A stretch of 64,000 nt of DNA, from the IMG/VR virus record IMGVR_UViG_3300020576_005736; one strand, written 5' to 3'. Of this stretch, positions 1 through 9,144 are shown one piece after another (positions within the stretch are counted from its first letter, which is position 1; each line of letters starts with the position of its first letter). Source of the DNA: an uncultured virus (IMG/VR IMGVR_UViG_3300020576_005736) (taxonomy: Duplodnaviria > Heunggongvirae > Uroviricota > Caudoviricetes). The notes under the pieces are model-generated. The model searched no databases, was not told the DNA's origin, and saw only the letters and a list, made by a program, of their open reading frames with translations. The position numbers were made by a program, and so were the translations under genes.

Positions 1-690
1 ACGCTTGCTGTTACGCCGGGCGAGAAACTGCGAATTACGGTCGGTCTCGGCGGCTGCTTCGGCGACGCGCGGACGTTCGGACATTGGTCAGGCGCGAGCG
101 CGCCGCATGTGGATAGCCCGATCAACGGGTATGCGCGGGCCGGCAAGGGGCTTTTCAACGCGACCCCGCTCCAGACTGCTTCTGGCGGGGGCGCGACGAT
201 AGTCTCGCGCATCAATGCGGATGGGTCTGAAACAATCCTCGGCATCGCCGGTGGTGGCGGCGCGGCGTCGACAAGTGCGGACGGGACGCCCGGTGGTCCC
301 TACCAGTCTGGCGTGACCGGAGGGGCCGGCGGCGTCAACGGGGCGTCCTGCACGACGAACGGGCAGGGCGCAGGTGGCGGCGGCGCAGAGGGCGGCGCGC
401 TGACCAAGGGCGGCACGAACTACATCATCTCTGGCGCGACCTCGACGCAGAGCGTCGCTGGTTCCGCCAGCGTGCCGCCGCTCACGTCGGACACGCACTA
501 TCAGGCGCATCTGACCCGCATGAATTTTCTGACCGGCGCGCCGGCGCGTCGTGCGCCGGGTTACGGATCGACCACGGATAGACCGCCCATCGGTCCGATG
601 GTCGCGGCGGGCGGAGACGTCATGAACGTTGGCCTTTACCACGGCGCGCAGCCCGGTTCCGCCGGCCTCGCCGTCCTGATCTTTAACTGA
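1..690 (+). CDS. Gly-rich tail protein, C-terminal part (5'-truncated by window)
   Basis: Frame +1 is open from base 1 (TLAVTPGEKLRITVGLGG...) to TGA 690; GGGGA repeats are typical of Gly-rich tail domains; possibly the continuation of the 60421 tail ORF. Confidence 0.7.
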   Translation, partial: TLAVTPGEKLRITVGLGGCFGDARTFGHWSGASAPHVDSPINGYARAGKGLFNATPLQTASGGGATIVSRINADGSETILGIAGGGGAASTSADGTPGGPYQSGVTGGAGGVNGASCTTNGQGAGGGGAEGGALTKGGTNYIISGATSTQSVAGSASVPPLTSDTHYQAHLTRMNFLTGAPARRAPGYGSTTDRPPIGPMVAAGGDVMNVGLYHGAQPGSAGLAVLIFN

Positions 691-698
691 CAGAGGTT

Positions 699-2018
699 AT
701 GATGGCGAGCAATCTTCGAGGAATCTTCGACCTAACTACTGGTACAGTGTCAGTGACGTCAGGAGGAACTGTCGTCACATTTTCCGGCACATCGCTGACG
801 GGTGTTGACCAGCGGAATGGAGAGACCATCTATTTTGCTGGTGCGGGTGACTTCATCAAGATCGGCACAGGATTCCAGCCAGTCATGGTGGACAGTGTTG
901 ACGTGTCGGGAACGACGCTGACCCTTGCTGCCCCGTGGCCGAACGCAACCCAGACGAACGTATCGTACTATCTGCGTCGATACTCGGCTGTGCCCACAGG
1001 CGACTTCGCGAGATTGTGGAATTATAATGCGTCGCTCGGAAGCGACACAACCCCCGATACATCGCGAACTGTGGACAATGGATCTGCTCGTGGAAAGTTG
1101 CGAGTGCAGAGTGGAAAGTTCGAGGTCGCCATCGGCCCGAGCGGCACGGCTGACGCCTCGCTCAAGGCGGCGTTGCAAATGGACCCGGCGACCGGCGCGG
1201 TCAGTTTCCCGTTCGGCACGGGCGCGGGGACGAAACCGAGCCTCAGAAACAAGCTGCGCAACCCGAGTTTTCAGGTCAATCAGCGCGCCGTAGCCGGCAC
1301 GGTGACGCTGGCGGCCGGCGCGTTCGGGCACGATGGGGTCAAGGCGGGCGACGCCGGCGCGACCTACACGTTCGCCAATGTCGGGCAGGACGTGCGCATT
1401 ACTGTCACGGCTGGTTCGATCATCCTGCCGGTCGAGGCCAATCTGATCGATGCGGGCTCGTATGCGCTCAGCCATGAGGGCGCGGCGCAGGCGCGCGTCT
1501 GGCAGGGCACGGGCACGACGGGCAGCGGTTCCTACGCCGCCGCGACGCGCGCCTCGCCGCTCATCGTCACCGGCCTGACGGCCAATACGCAAACCAATAT
1601 CGAGTTCTCGACCGGCACGATCCTGCGCCCGCAATTCGAGCCGGGCGTCGGCGTCGGCGATTATGATCGCCGGGGGCTGCATGACGAAATTCTCTACTGC
1701 CGACGTTATTTCCAGCGTGTCTTCTATCGCGGCGGCGTCGTCGGGATAGCACGCAACGCCACGGTGGTGCTGCTATATACGCTGTTTCTCGCTCAGATGC
1801 GCGCGACCCCAACGGCCGCGCTTGTCTCGAATGACGCTCAGGTGAACGTGTTCGCCTTAGCTGGGACCTTCACCGGAGGCACACTGAGTCTCACGACGAC
1901 GGCGATGACTTCTTCGGGAGGATATGTGGTGATGGACGGCCTCTCCGGCCTCACGACCGGGCAGGTCCTGTTGGGCGCCGCCAACGCGGCGCTTCTCGAC
2001 CTCAGCGCGGAGATTTGA
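699..2018 (+). CDS. tail fibre / receptor-binding protein
   Basis: N-terminal TTGTVSVTSG..VT motif; RNKLRNPSFQVNQR and EILYCRRYF motifs common in tail-fibre C-termini. Confidence 0.75.
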   Translation: MMASNLRGIFDLTTGTVSVTSGGTVVTFSGTSLTGVDQRNGETIYFAGAGDFIKIGTGFQPVMVDSVDVSGTTLTLAAPWPNATQTNVSYYLRRYSAVPTGDFARLWNYNASLGSDTTPDTSRTVDNGSARGKLRVQSGKFEVAIGPSGTADASLKAALQMDPATGAVSFPFGTGAGTKPSLRNKLRNPSFQVNQRAVAGTVTLAAGAFGHDGVKAGDAGATYTFANVGQDVRITVTAGSIILPVEANLIDAGSYALSHEGAAQARVWQGTGTTGSGSYAAATRASPLIVTGLTANTQTNIEFSTGTILRPQFEPGVGVGDYDRRGLHDEILYCRRYFQRVFYRGGVVGIARNATVVLLYTLFLAQMRATPTAALVSNDAQVNVFALAGTFTGGTLSLTTTAMTSSGGYVVMDGLSGLTTGQVLLGAANAALLDLSAEI

Positions 2019-2020
2019 CC

Positions 2021-2464
2021 ATGACGATTTCGACAGCACGATGGGCCGACGGCCTGCGTTCCTGCATCCGCGCCGAGCGCGACGGACAGGTGATATTCAT
2101 TCCGGACGACCCGGACAACCACGACCGCGCCGAAATCGACGCGCTCGGCATCGTCATCGGCGAATATATCCCGCCGCCGCCGCCCGTGCCGGAATCCGTC
2201 TCCGACCGGCAGTTTTTTCAGGCGCTCGCGCTCGGCGGCATGATCAGCGAGGCGGAGGCTCTGGCCGCCGTGCAGACCGGCGCGTTGCCGGCGCCGATCG
2301 CGGCGATTGTCGACGCCATGCCGGACCAGTTCTCGGCGCGCATGTTGCTCTCGGGCGCGACGATATTCGAGCGCCGCCACCCCCTGACCGACGCTCTCGC
2401 CGCCGCGCTCGGCTACTCGCCGGCGCAGACGGACGATCTGTTTCGCGCCGCTGCGGCGCTCTGA
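2021..2464 (+). CDS. tail fibre-associated/assembly protein
   Basis: FIPDDPDN and VPESVSDRQF...FERRHPL...DDLFRAAAAL motifs; directly follows the fibre gene. Confidence 0.65.
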   Translation: MTISTARWADGLRSCIRAERDGQVIFIPDDPDNHDRAEIDALGIVIGEYIPPPPPVPESVSDRQFFQALALGGMISEAEALAAVQTGALPAPIAAIVDAMPDQFSARMLLSGATIFERRHPLTDALAAALGYSPAQTDDLFRAAAAL

Positions 2465-2485
2465 CCTCTCACGACAGGACACGAC

Positions 2486-2992
2486 ATGCCGAAATCCATC
2501 CGATGGATCGGGTGGGCGCTCGCGCTCGCCCTGATTGCGCTCGGGCTGCTGGCGCGGCCCGCCAGCGCAGAAATCAATCCATGGGCGCTCTCTGTCGCCG
2601 AAAGCGCCCCGAGCCCGTCTGTGGCCACGGCGCGCGCGGGGCGCGACCGGACTCATCTGCCCGCCCCAGCCGGAATCCTGCGCGGCATCGCGCCGGAACT
2701 CGCATCCAAGGCGCGCGAAATCGTCACCGCCTGCGGCTCGCGCGTCATCTCCGGCGTCCGGCACACGCGCGTCGCCGGCACGCGGCGCATGTCGCTGCAT
2801 GCGTCGGGCCGTGCTGTCGACATGGCCGGCAACCCGTCCTGCATCTATGCGCGCCTGCGCGGCTGGCCGGGCGGCGTCAGCACGGACTACGGCCGCGTGC
2901 GGCACGTCCATTTCAGCCTCGGCGGCGGTGAGGACGGCCTGCGGTTCGCGCATCGCCACATCGTCCGCCGCGTGCGCCTGGCCTGGCACTGA
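2486..2992 (+). CDS. secreted M15A-like Zn peptidase
   Basis: Signal peptide; SLHASGRAVD and HVH zinc-binding motifs. Confidence 0.7.
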   Translation: MPKSIRWIGWALALALIALGLLARPASAEINPWALSVAESAPSPSVATARAGRDRTHLPAPAGILRGIAPELASKAREIVTACGSRVISGVRHTRVAGTRRMSLHASGRAVDMAGNPSCIYARLRGWPGGVSTDYGRVRHVHFSLGGGEDGLRFAHRHIVRRVRLAWH

Positions 2993-3018
2993 GCATCATC
3001 AATCACAGGAGATAGCCG

Positions 3019-3411
3019 ATGCGGATTTCTGCAACATCTGAGCTGCGGCTGAAAGCCGTCCATCCCGATCTCGTCAAGGTGGTGCGTCGCGCCGCCGAAA
3101 TCACGGGGACCGATTTTATCGTTACATGCGGCAAGCGGTCGGTCGAAGAGCAGCGCAAGCTGTTCTCGGCCGGGGCGACTCGCACAATGAAGAGCCGTCA
3201 CATTCCCGGCAAATCCGGGTTTGCCTGCGCTGTCGATCTCGCCGCAACAGTCGATGGCAAAGTGCGGTGGGATTGGCCGCTCTATGCGAAGCTGGCTAAA
3301 GCCATGAAGCAGGCGGCGAAGGATGCCAAAGTTCCGCTCGAATGGGGCGGGGACTGGACATCGTTCAAGGACGGGCCGCACTTCCAGCTTCCTTGGTCGA
3401 AATACCCGTGA
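3019..3411 (+). CDS. endolysin, M15 (L-Ala-D-Glu type) peptidase
   Basis: RSVEEQ, SRH...AVD, WGGDW..FKDGPHFQ motifs; AGGAG RBS. Confidence 0.9.
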   Translation: MRISATSELRLKAVHPDLVKVVRRAAEITGTDFIVTCGKRSVEEQRKLFSAGATRTMKSRHIPGKSGFACAVDLAATVDGKVRWDWPLYAKLAKAMKQAAKDAKVPLEWGGDWTSFKDGPHFQLPWSKYP

Positions 3412-3543
3412 GCCCGCGCGCCCCATGGATCGACGCGGCAATCGCCGCTGCGCTGATCCTCCTCATCATCCTCGCTGCCGGAGCGTTCGGCGGCTGAAAT
3501 CCCGCGCTCGGCCGGATGCCGGGCAAAGTTGAGAGGAACCGTC

Positions 3544-3726
3544 ATGAATCAGGATTTCGTCGTCGCGATGCTCCGCACCGCGTTGCAGATGGCCGGCGCG
3601 TCGCTCGCCGCGAGCGGCTACGTCACGGCTGATCAGTGGACCGCGATCACGGGCGGCCTGCTCGCCGCCGTCTCGGTCGGGTGGATGCTGTTCGCCCGCT
3701 ACAACACCCGCGTCATCAAGAGCTGA
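3544..3726 (+). CDS. putative holin
   Basis: 60 aa, two hydrophobic segments, basic C-terminus, next to the endolysin. Confidence 0.65.
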   Translation: MNQDFVVAMLRTALQMAGASLAASGYVTADQWTAITGGLLAAVSVGWMLFARYNTRVIKS

Positions 3727-3754
3727 TCACCCCAGCCTCACAAGGATTCTCGCC

Positions 3755-4144
3755 ATGAAAATCATGACTGCTCTCGCGGCGGCGCTCGCCGTCGCCCTCT
3801 CGGGCTGCGTCTCGCTCAGCCCGGCCACATCCGGTTCCGCGCTGCAAATGGCCGTCGCCGTCGGACGCATCGTCTCTCCGTCGTCGGTCTCGAAACTCGA
3901 CAAGACCATTGCTGACGTCGCCGGCTCGCGGTCGGTCTCTGCGGCCTGCGCGGTGTTTGCGACTGCCGCCGGCTATTACAGCGCCCTGCGCTCTGCCATC
4001 CCCGACAAATACGCCCGCGTTGGCGACCCGGCCGTGAGCGCCGGGCACGCCCTGTGCGACGCGCCGCCGGCCGACACAGCGTCGGCGCTTGCCGCGCTCA
4101 ACCGGCTTTGGGCCGGCGTGCAGGACGCGACCAAAACCCGCTGA
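3755..4144 (+). CDS. lipoprotein (spanin-like?)
   Basis: Signal peptide with LSGC lipobox, within the lysis cassette. Confidence 0.55.
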   Translation: MKIMTALAAALAVALSGCVSLSPATSGSALQMAVAVGRIVSPSSVSKLDKTIADVAGSRSVSAACAVFATAAGYYSALRSAIPDKYARVGDPAVSAGHALCDAPPADTASALAALNRLWAGVQDATKTR

Positions 4145-4225
4145 CGGGGCCATCTGGCGCCATGGCGAGACGGTGCGCCGTCGCGCATGTGGCGCCGGCA
4201 TCCTCGATCTATTGGAGGTACAACA

Positions 4226-4594
4226 ATGCAGTGGAAGAATCCTGACGGCTCCCTGACATTAGGGGTAGTACTTGAGGGTAGAAACGGGGACTCGCTGCCG
4301 AGTATTGAGGCCAGAAGTGTAGGGACAGCGAACATCACCGTTGGTCAATCTGTCATCGGCACGGGAGCAACGTCCATTGTTGGAGCACGAACAGGCGCTG
4401 CCGGTATAGGTCGCGAGTCCGTGACGATCTACAACAACGGCTCGGCCACGGTGTTCGTCGGCGGCTCCGGCGTCACCACGAATACAGGGTTGCCACTGCT
4501 CCCAGGCGGCTCGGTCACTATCGCCACTACGGCTGCGGTCTACGGCATCGTCGCCAGCGGAACGGTTTCCTGCGCCTATCTGGAGAACTACTGA
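4226..4594 (+). CDS. hypothetical beta-rich virion-associated protein
   Basis: GGAGG RBS; IYNNGSATVFVG...GLPLLPGGS motif. Confidence 0.55.
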   Translation: MQWKNPDGSLTLGVVLEGRNGDSLPSIEARSVGTANITVGQSVIGTGATSIVGARTGAAGIGRESVTIYNNGSATVFVGGSGVTTNTGLPLLPGGSVTIATTAAVYGIVASGTVSCAYLENY

Positions 4595-4595
4595 G

Positions 4596-5504
4596 ATGGT
4601 CAGTCAGCTAAATAACGGGCCGTCTGGTCGGACGAACATCATTGTGTTCACTACTAGTGGCACCTACACGCCGACGCCGGGGATGGTGCAGGTTGACGTG
4701 TATCTCATCTCCGGTGGCGGTGGTGGTGGTGGTGGTGCGCGACAGGCTGCGAACGCAGCAGTTTCTGGCGGCGGCGGAGGCGCAGCTGGCTGTTGCGATG
4801 CGAAGATGTTCTCATCGACGATAGTCGGCTCATCTCAGGTCATTATGATCGGAAGTGGTGGCCTTGCTGGGGCAGGGGCGACCTCGGATAACGCTGTAGG
4901 CAATACAGGAGGGACGGGAGGGAATACGACATTTGGCTCCCTGGCTATTGCAATGGGCGGGCTTGGAGGCTCTGCGGGTCAGCTCGCTGCCGCCTCAACC
5001 GGCGGCACTAGCCGCCTTACCCCTGCGGGTGGCGGAGCCAATGGTGGCGTGGGCGCGGCTGGCGCGAATACAACGCAGATCTACATGGGGTCCGGTGGCG
5101 GTGGCGGCGCTGCGACGGGCGCGTCAAATGTCGGCGGAATAGCTACATATGGCCCGGCCGGCGGCGGTTCCGGCGGTGGCGTCACGTCCGCGAACGTGGC
5201 GTCGAATGGCGGCGGTGGTGGGACTATCAATGTTGCCCTTGCCACCGTCACGACTCCTGGCGGCCTCGTTGGCGCCAACGGCGTCGACGGGACATCGGCC
5301 TCTATTGCATCAAGGCCGCTAAGCCACATGTACGGTAGTGGCGGCGGCGGTGGTGGTGGGCATCTTACTGTTGCAGGCGCGGGCGGCAATGGCGGCGCTT
5401 ATGGCGCGGGCGGCGGCGGCGGCGGCTCAGTGCAGAATGGTGGCGTGGCAGGCGCGGGCGGCGCGGGCGGCGCAGGTCTTTGCATCATCGTGGAGTATTT
5501 CTAA
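4596..5504 (+). CDS. glycine-rich tail/virion protein
   Basis: FTTSGTYTP...GGGGGG N-terminus and GAGLCIIVEYF C-terminus typical of phage Gly-rich domain proteins. Confidence 0.75.
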   Translation: MVSQLNNGPSGRTNIIVFTTSGTYTPTPGMVQVDVYLISGGGGGGGGARQAANAAVSGGGGGAAGCCDAKMFSSTIVGSSQVIMIGSGGLAGAGATSDNAVGNTGGTGGNTTFGSLAIAMGGLGGSAGQLAAASTGGTSRLTPAGGGANGGVGAAGANTTQIYMGSGGGGGAATGASNVGGIATYGPAGGGSGGGVTSANVASNGGGGGTINVALATVTTPGGLVGANGVDGTSASIASRPLSHMYGSGGGGGGGHLTVAGAGGNGGAYGAGGGGGGSVQNGGVAGAGGAGGAGLCIIVEYF

Positions 5505-5719
5505 TGCGCTGCCTCCAAGTCAAAGATGGCGTGATTGTGAATGTCATCGTTGCCGACCCCACCTTCGATCCTGGCGACGGTTCGCAGATCGTGGCGTCAG
5601 ACGTTGGAAATCCTGGCGATCTCTATGTCGCCGGAGTGATAACGAGTGCGCCAATCACCCAAGCACCTCTCGAGAACCCCGATCTCTGGCACGACTTGTG
5701 GCTCGCGGCCCCGAAATAA
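5504..5719 (+). CDS. small partner of the Gly-rich protein
   Basis: TAATG overlap; DGVIVNVIVAD motif. Confidence 0.6.
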   Translation: MRCLQVKDGVIVNVIVADPTFDPGDGSQIVASDVGNPGDLYVAGVITSAPITQAPLENPDLWHDLWLAAPK

Positions 5720-5759
5720 CCACAGAGAGAGCCGGCGTTAGTCCGGCCTTGGAGACGCC

Positions 5760-6047
5760 ATGTCCGACGATCATTCGCACGCCGCGCCTGGGCTGATGAC
5801 CCGAGACGAAGTCAAGACTGCCGTCAGGGAGGTGCTACACGAGGAATTCGAGCTGCTCGGGTTCGACGCGTCGGATGCGGCCGCGCGTGCAGAGGTCCGC
5901 AAGGACATGGAGGCGATCCGCCGATTCCGCGCGATATGGGACAACGCCGCTAAGAAGATCGGCAACGCGGTGCTCGCCCTCATGTTGGTCGGCGCGGCGG
6001 CGCTGGCCGCTCTCGGGGTCTCAATTCAGGCAAAGGGCATGAAGTAG
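5760..6047 (+). CDS. membrane protein with C-terminal TM helix (holin-like)
   Basis: GGAG RBS; hydrophobic C-terminus. Confidence 0.55.
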   Translation: MSDDHSHAAPGLMTRDEVKTAVREVLHEEFELLGFDASDAAARAEVRKDMEAIRRFRAIWDNAAKKIGNAVLALMLVGAAALAALGVSIQAKGMK

Positions 6048-6082
6048 TCACGCCACAATCTAGTAACTTCTCAGGGTGATCT

Positions 6083-9000
6083 ATGACCAAGACCTCGGAC
6101 CTTCCCAAGATTCCTTTGTCCCCAGAGTTTATGATGGGATCGACCACGACGGGACAGGTCTCTGGTTGGTTTGGTCCTCTGGCACCTATGAAGCCGGTTG
6201 CTCCTCATCAAGTTGCTGGTCGTCAGTTCGACCTCCAGCCTGGCTACAACCTCATCTCTCGTCCTCGCCAGACGGAGCCGATCAGCTTCGAGCAGCTTCG
6301 CGCTCTGGCTGACTCGTACGATCTTCTGCGACTCATCATTGAGACCCGCAAGGATCAGGTTGATCGTATGGAGTGGTCCTTCCGCGCAAAGAAGGGTAAG
6401 AAGGTCGCAGCGACGAAGATCGATGCGATCGCCAAGTTCTTCGAGCGTCCGAACCAGGAGCACAGCTTCAACCAGTGGCTGAGAATGATCCTCGAGGATC
6501 TCTTCGTCATTGATGCACCGACACTCTGGAAGCAGAGAAATCGGGGAGGCGAGCTTATTGCTCTACATCCTCTCGACGGTGGGACTATCAAGCGCGTCAT
6601 CGACAACTGGGGTCGCACACCTCAGCCGTACATCGACGAGAGTGGTAAGCTGGTCACTCTTCCTGCCTATCAGCAGGTACTCAAGGGCTATCCTGCTATC
6701 GACTACACGGTCGACCAGATCGTCTACTCACCGAGAAACGTTCGCACCAATCGTGTGTACGGATACTCCCCGGTCGAACAGATCATCATGACGGTGAACA
6801 TCGCGCTTCGTCGTCAGCTGGGTCAGCTTGAGTACTACACTGCTGGCAACATTCCTGAGTCTCTGATTGGCGTTCCGGACACCTGGACACCTGACCAGAT
6901 CAAGGCGTTCCAGGACTACTGGGATCTCTACTTTACTGGTGACACGGCTGCTCGCCGCAAGGCGAAGTTCGTCCCTGGTGGTGTGGCGAAGACCTTCATC
7001 CAGACCAAGGAGCCAGAGCTCAAGAACATCTTCGACGAGTGGCTTGCTCGTGTCTGCTGCTTCGCATTCTCTGTGTCGTCGCAGCCTTTCGTGAGTCAGG
7101 TCAACCGAGCCACTGCCGGCACCCAGAAGGAGCAGGCAGAGGAGGAAGGTCTCGTTCCGATCCTTCAGTGGGTCAAGCATCTCATCGATCCTATCGTTGC
7201 TGTTGAGCTTGGTCAGCCTGACGTTGAGTTCGTCTGGGGCGATGATCAGCAGGTCGAGCCTGGAGTTGAGGCTACAATCCTCAACTCCTACACCTCGAAT
7301 GCAATCATGACTCGCAATGAGGCTCGGGGGAAGCTGGGTCTTGATCCAGTGAACATTCCTGAGGCTGACGAGCTCGGCTTCTCCACAGCGAGTGGCTTCG
7401 TCTATCTGGACGAGACCAAGAAGCCTCCTCCGCCACCTCAGCTTCTCGGTCCTGGTATGGACGTTGGGGATCCTGAAGATCCAGTGGATCCCAAGGACAC
7501 CAAGAAGATGCAGCAGGACATCGCTGAGAAGCTGGATGCACTGTTCGATCTGTCGAAGCAGGAAGGTCACGATGTATCCGACCAGCCTCGTGACGAGAAC
7601 GGTCGGTTCGCCTCTAGCGGAGGACCCTCGTCTCGTGACAGAAAGAAGGCAGAGCGTGCTGCCAGTCGAGCAGACGATGGTATTGCTCGTGATGAGAACG
7701 GACGGTTCACCTCTGGTCGCATCACGAAAAAGAACATCCAGGACACTGCCGTCAAGGTTGGCTCCAAGGTTGCAGTTGCTGCTGCTCTGGCCGCTACTGC
7801 GACTGTCATCACCAAGTTGGCCTCCAAGTCTCTTGTTGGTCAGGGCATCTCGACTGTAGCCAAGCTGCTGGCTAAGACACTGCTGGTATCCTCCGCAGAG
7901 ACGGTCATCGCGACTGCTCTCAAGGGCATGGGTGCTGAGGCAGAGTTCGCCAACAAGGCTGCGAAGATCGTTCGCAAGACTGCGATGGATCTGTTCGGGA
8001 AGGCCACGGGTGGCGACGATGATGCTGAGAAGATGGCTCTGACTGAGGAACTCCTCAAGGCAGACGATCTGACGGACGAGGACAGAGATCTCATCGTGAG
8101 AATGATGCAGATTATCCTTCCTCGATTCACTCAGCAAGTCATCAATGCTCTCATCACGGATGCTTCTGCCCAAGGTGCTGACTCCGAGAAGCTCGATCTT
8201 CTCGAGACAGAGCTCGACGCTATTCGCGACAAGTTCGTGGAGGAGCTGAGCACCCTGGGAAAATCTGAGCAGGTCGGTGATCTGAAGAAGCGTCTGCGCA
8301 AGCTGAAGCCTCTACCAGTTGATCGACCTGCGACTCGAAAGGCTACCAAGGCGGCTTTCCAGACGCTTAGGAAGGGTCTCCAGAAGGCGGGAAAAGCGGC
8401 GGCTACCCTAGTAGCGGCTGAGCTTAGTGACACGCTCCAGCGCGTTGCTAAGGCTTCTGGAAACGGCTCCTCGGAGGCGTCGCGTATAGCCGCTAGTCTG
8501 AACCTCGATGCCATCGAAGAGATCTACGTAGATCTCGGAGAAGATCTCGCCATCGCTGCCGCTGATGCTGGTCACAGAACTGTAATCCAGTTTGGTGCCT
8601 CGTCCGGAAGTGAGCTTGTTGGTCAGGTGTCGGAGAATGCTTCAAGATGGGCTCGCGAGCATGCTGGCGAGCTCCTCGGGAAGAAGATCCTCCCTGACGG
8701 ATCAGTTGTCGACGACAACAGTGACGGATACACCATCACTCAGTCGACAAGAGACATTGTAAGAGATGTCATCTCTCGAGGACTCGAGGATGGTCTCTCT
8801 CAGGAAGAGATCGTCGACAATCTTGTCGAGGCTGGGTTCAGTGAAGACAGAGCTCAGCTTATTGCCGAGAACGAGGTGGCCAACGCCAACAGTGCCGGAA
8901 CTCTTCAGGGATATCTCGATGCTGAAGAAGCCGGGATTGAGGTGAAGAAAGGATGGATCACTGTCGGAGACGAGAAGGTCGACGGAGACATCTGTAAGGC

Positions 9001-9142
9001 GAATGAAGACCAGGGTCCAATTCCTGTCTCTGAGCCATTTCAGAGCGGACACATGGCACCTCTTGGTCACACCAACTGCAGATGCTCACTTGTTGCTTAC
9101 GTTGGCAGCGATGCAGCTGTCTCCAATACCAGAGAGAGTTGA
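6083..9142 (+). CDS. portal protein fused to an insert and a C-terminal MuF/gpF-like head morphogenesis domain
   Basis: Portal motifs (LHPLDGGTI, YGYSPVE, MTRNEARGKLGL); C-terminal RAQLIAENE...KGW...C..N...PLGHTNCRC is MuF-like. Confidence 0.85.
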   Translation: MTKTSDLPKIPLSPEFMMGSTTTGQVSGWFGPLAPMKPVAPHQVAGRQFDLQPGYNLISRPRQTEPISFEQLRALADSYDLLRLIIETRKDQVDRMEWSFRAKKGKKVAATKIDAIAKFFERPNQEHSFNQWLRMILEDLFVIDAPTLWKQRNRGGELIALHPLDGGTIKRVIDNWGRTPQPYIDESGKLVTLPAYQQVLKGYPAIDYTVDQIVYSPRNVRTNRVYGYSPVEQIIMTVNIALRRQLGQLEYYTAGNIPESLIGVPDTWTPDQIKAFQDYWDLYFTGDTAARRKAKFVPGGVAKTFIQTKEPELKNIFDEWLARVCCFAFSVSSQPFVSQVNRATAGTQKEQAEEEGLVPILQWVKHLIDPIVAVELGQPDVEFVWGDDQQVEPGVEATILNSYTSNAIMTRNEARGKLGLDPVNIPEADELGFSTASGFVYLDETKKPPPPPQLLGPGMDVGDPEDPVDPKDTKKMQQDIAEKLDALFDLSKQEGHDVSDQPRDENGRFASSGGPSSRDRKKAERAASRADDGIARDENGRFTSGRITKKNIQDTAVKVGSKVAVAAALAATATVITKLASKSLVGQGISTVAKLLAKTLLVSSAETVIATALKGMGAEAEFANKAAKIVRKTAMDLFGKATGGDDDAEKMALTEELLKADDLTDEDRDLIVRMMQIILPRFTQQVINALITDASAQGADSEKLDLLETELDAIRDKFVEELSTLGKSEQVGDLKKRLRKLKPLPVDRPATRKATKAAFQTLRKGLQKAGKAAATLVAAELSDTLQRVAKASGNGSSEASRIAASLNLDAIEEIYVDLGEDLAIAAADAGHRTVIQFGASSGSELVGQVSENASRWAREHAGELLGKKILPDGSVVDDNSDGYTITQSTRDIVRDVISRGLEDGLSQEEIVDNLVEAGFSEDRAQLIAENEVANANSAGTLQGYLDAEEAGIEVKKGWITVGDEKVDGDICKANEDQGPIPVSEPFQSGHMAPLGHTNCRCSLVAYVGSDAAVSNTRES

Positions 9143-9144
9143 CC

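Noticed and set aside
1..6050. Diversity-generating retroelement acting on tail fibres
   Set aside because: No reverse transcriptase and no TR/VR pair differing at adenines seen
6728..8173. Long antisense ORFs (also 9283-10242, 11932-12897, 23471-24481, 25065-26000, 40385-41275)
   Set aside because: Shadows of real genes caused by TA depletion; no motifs or RBS
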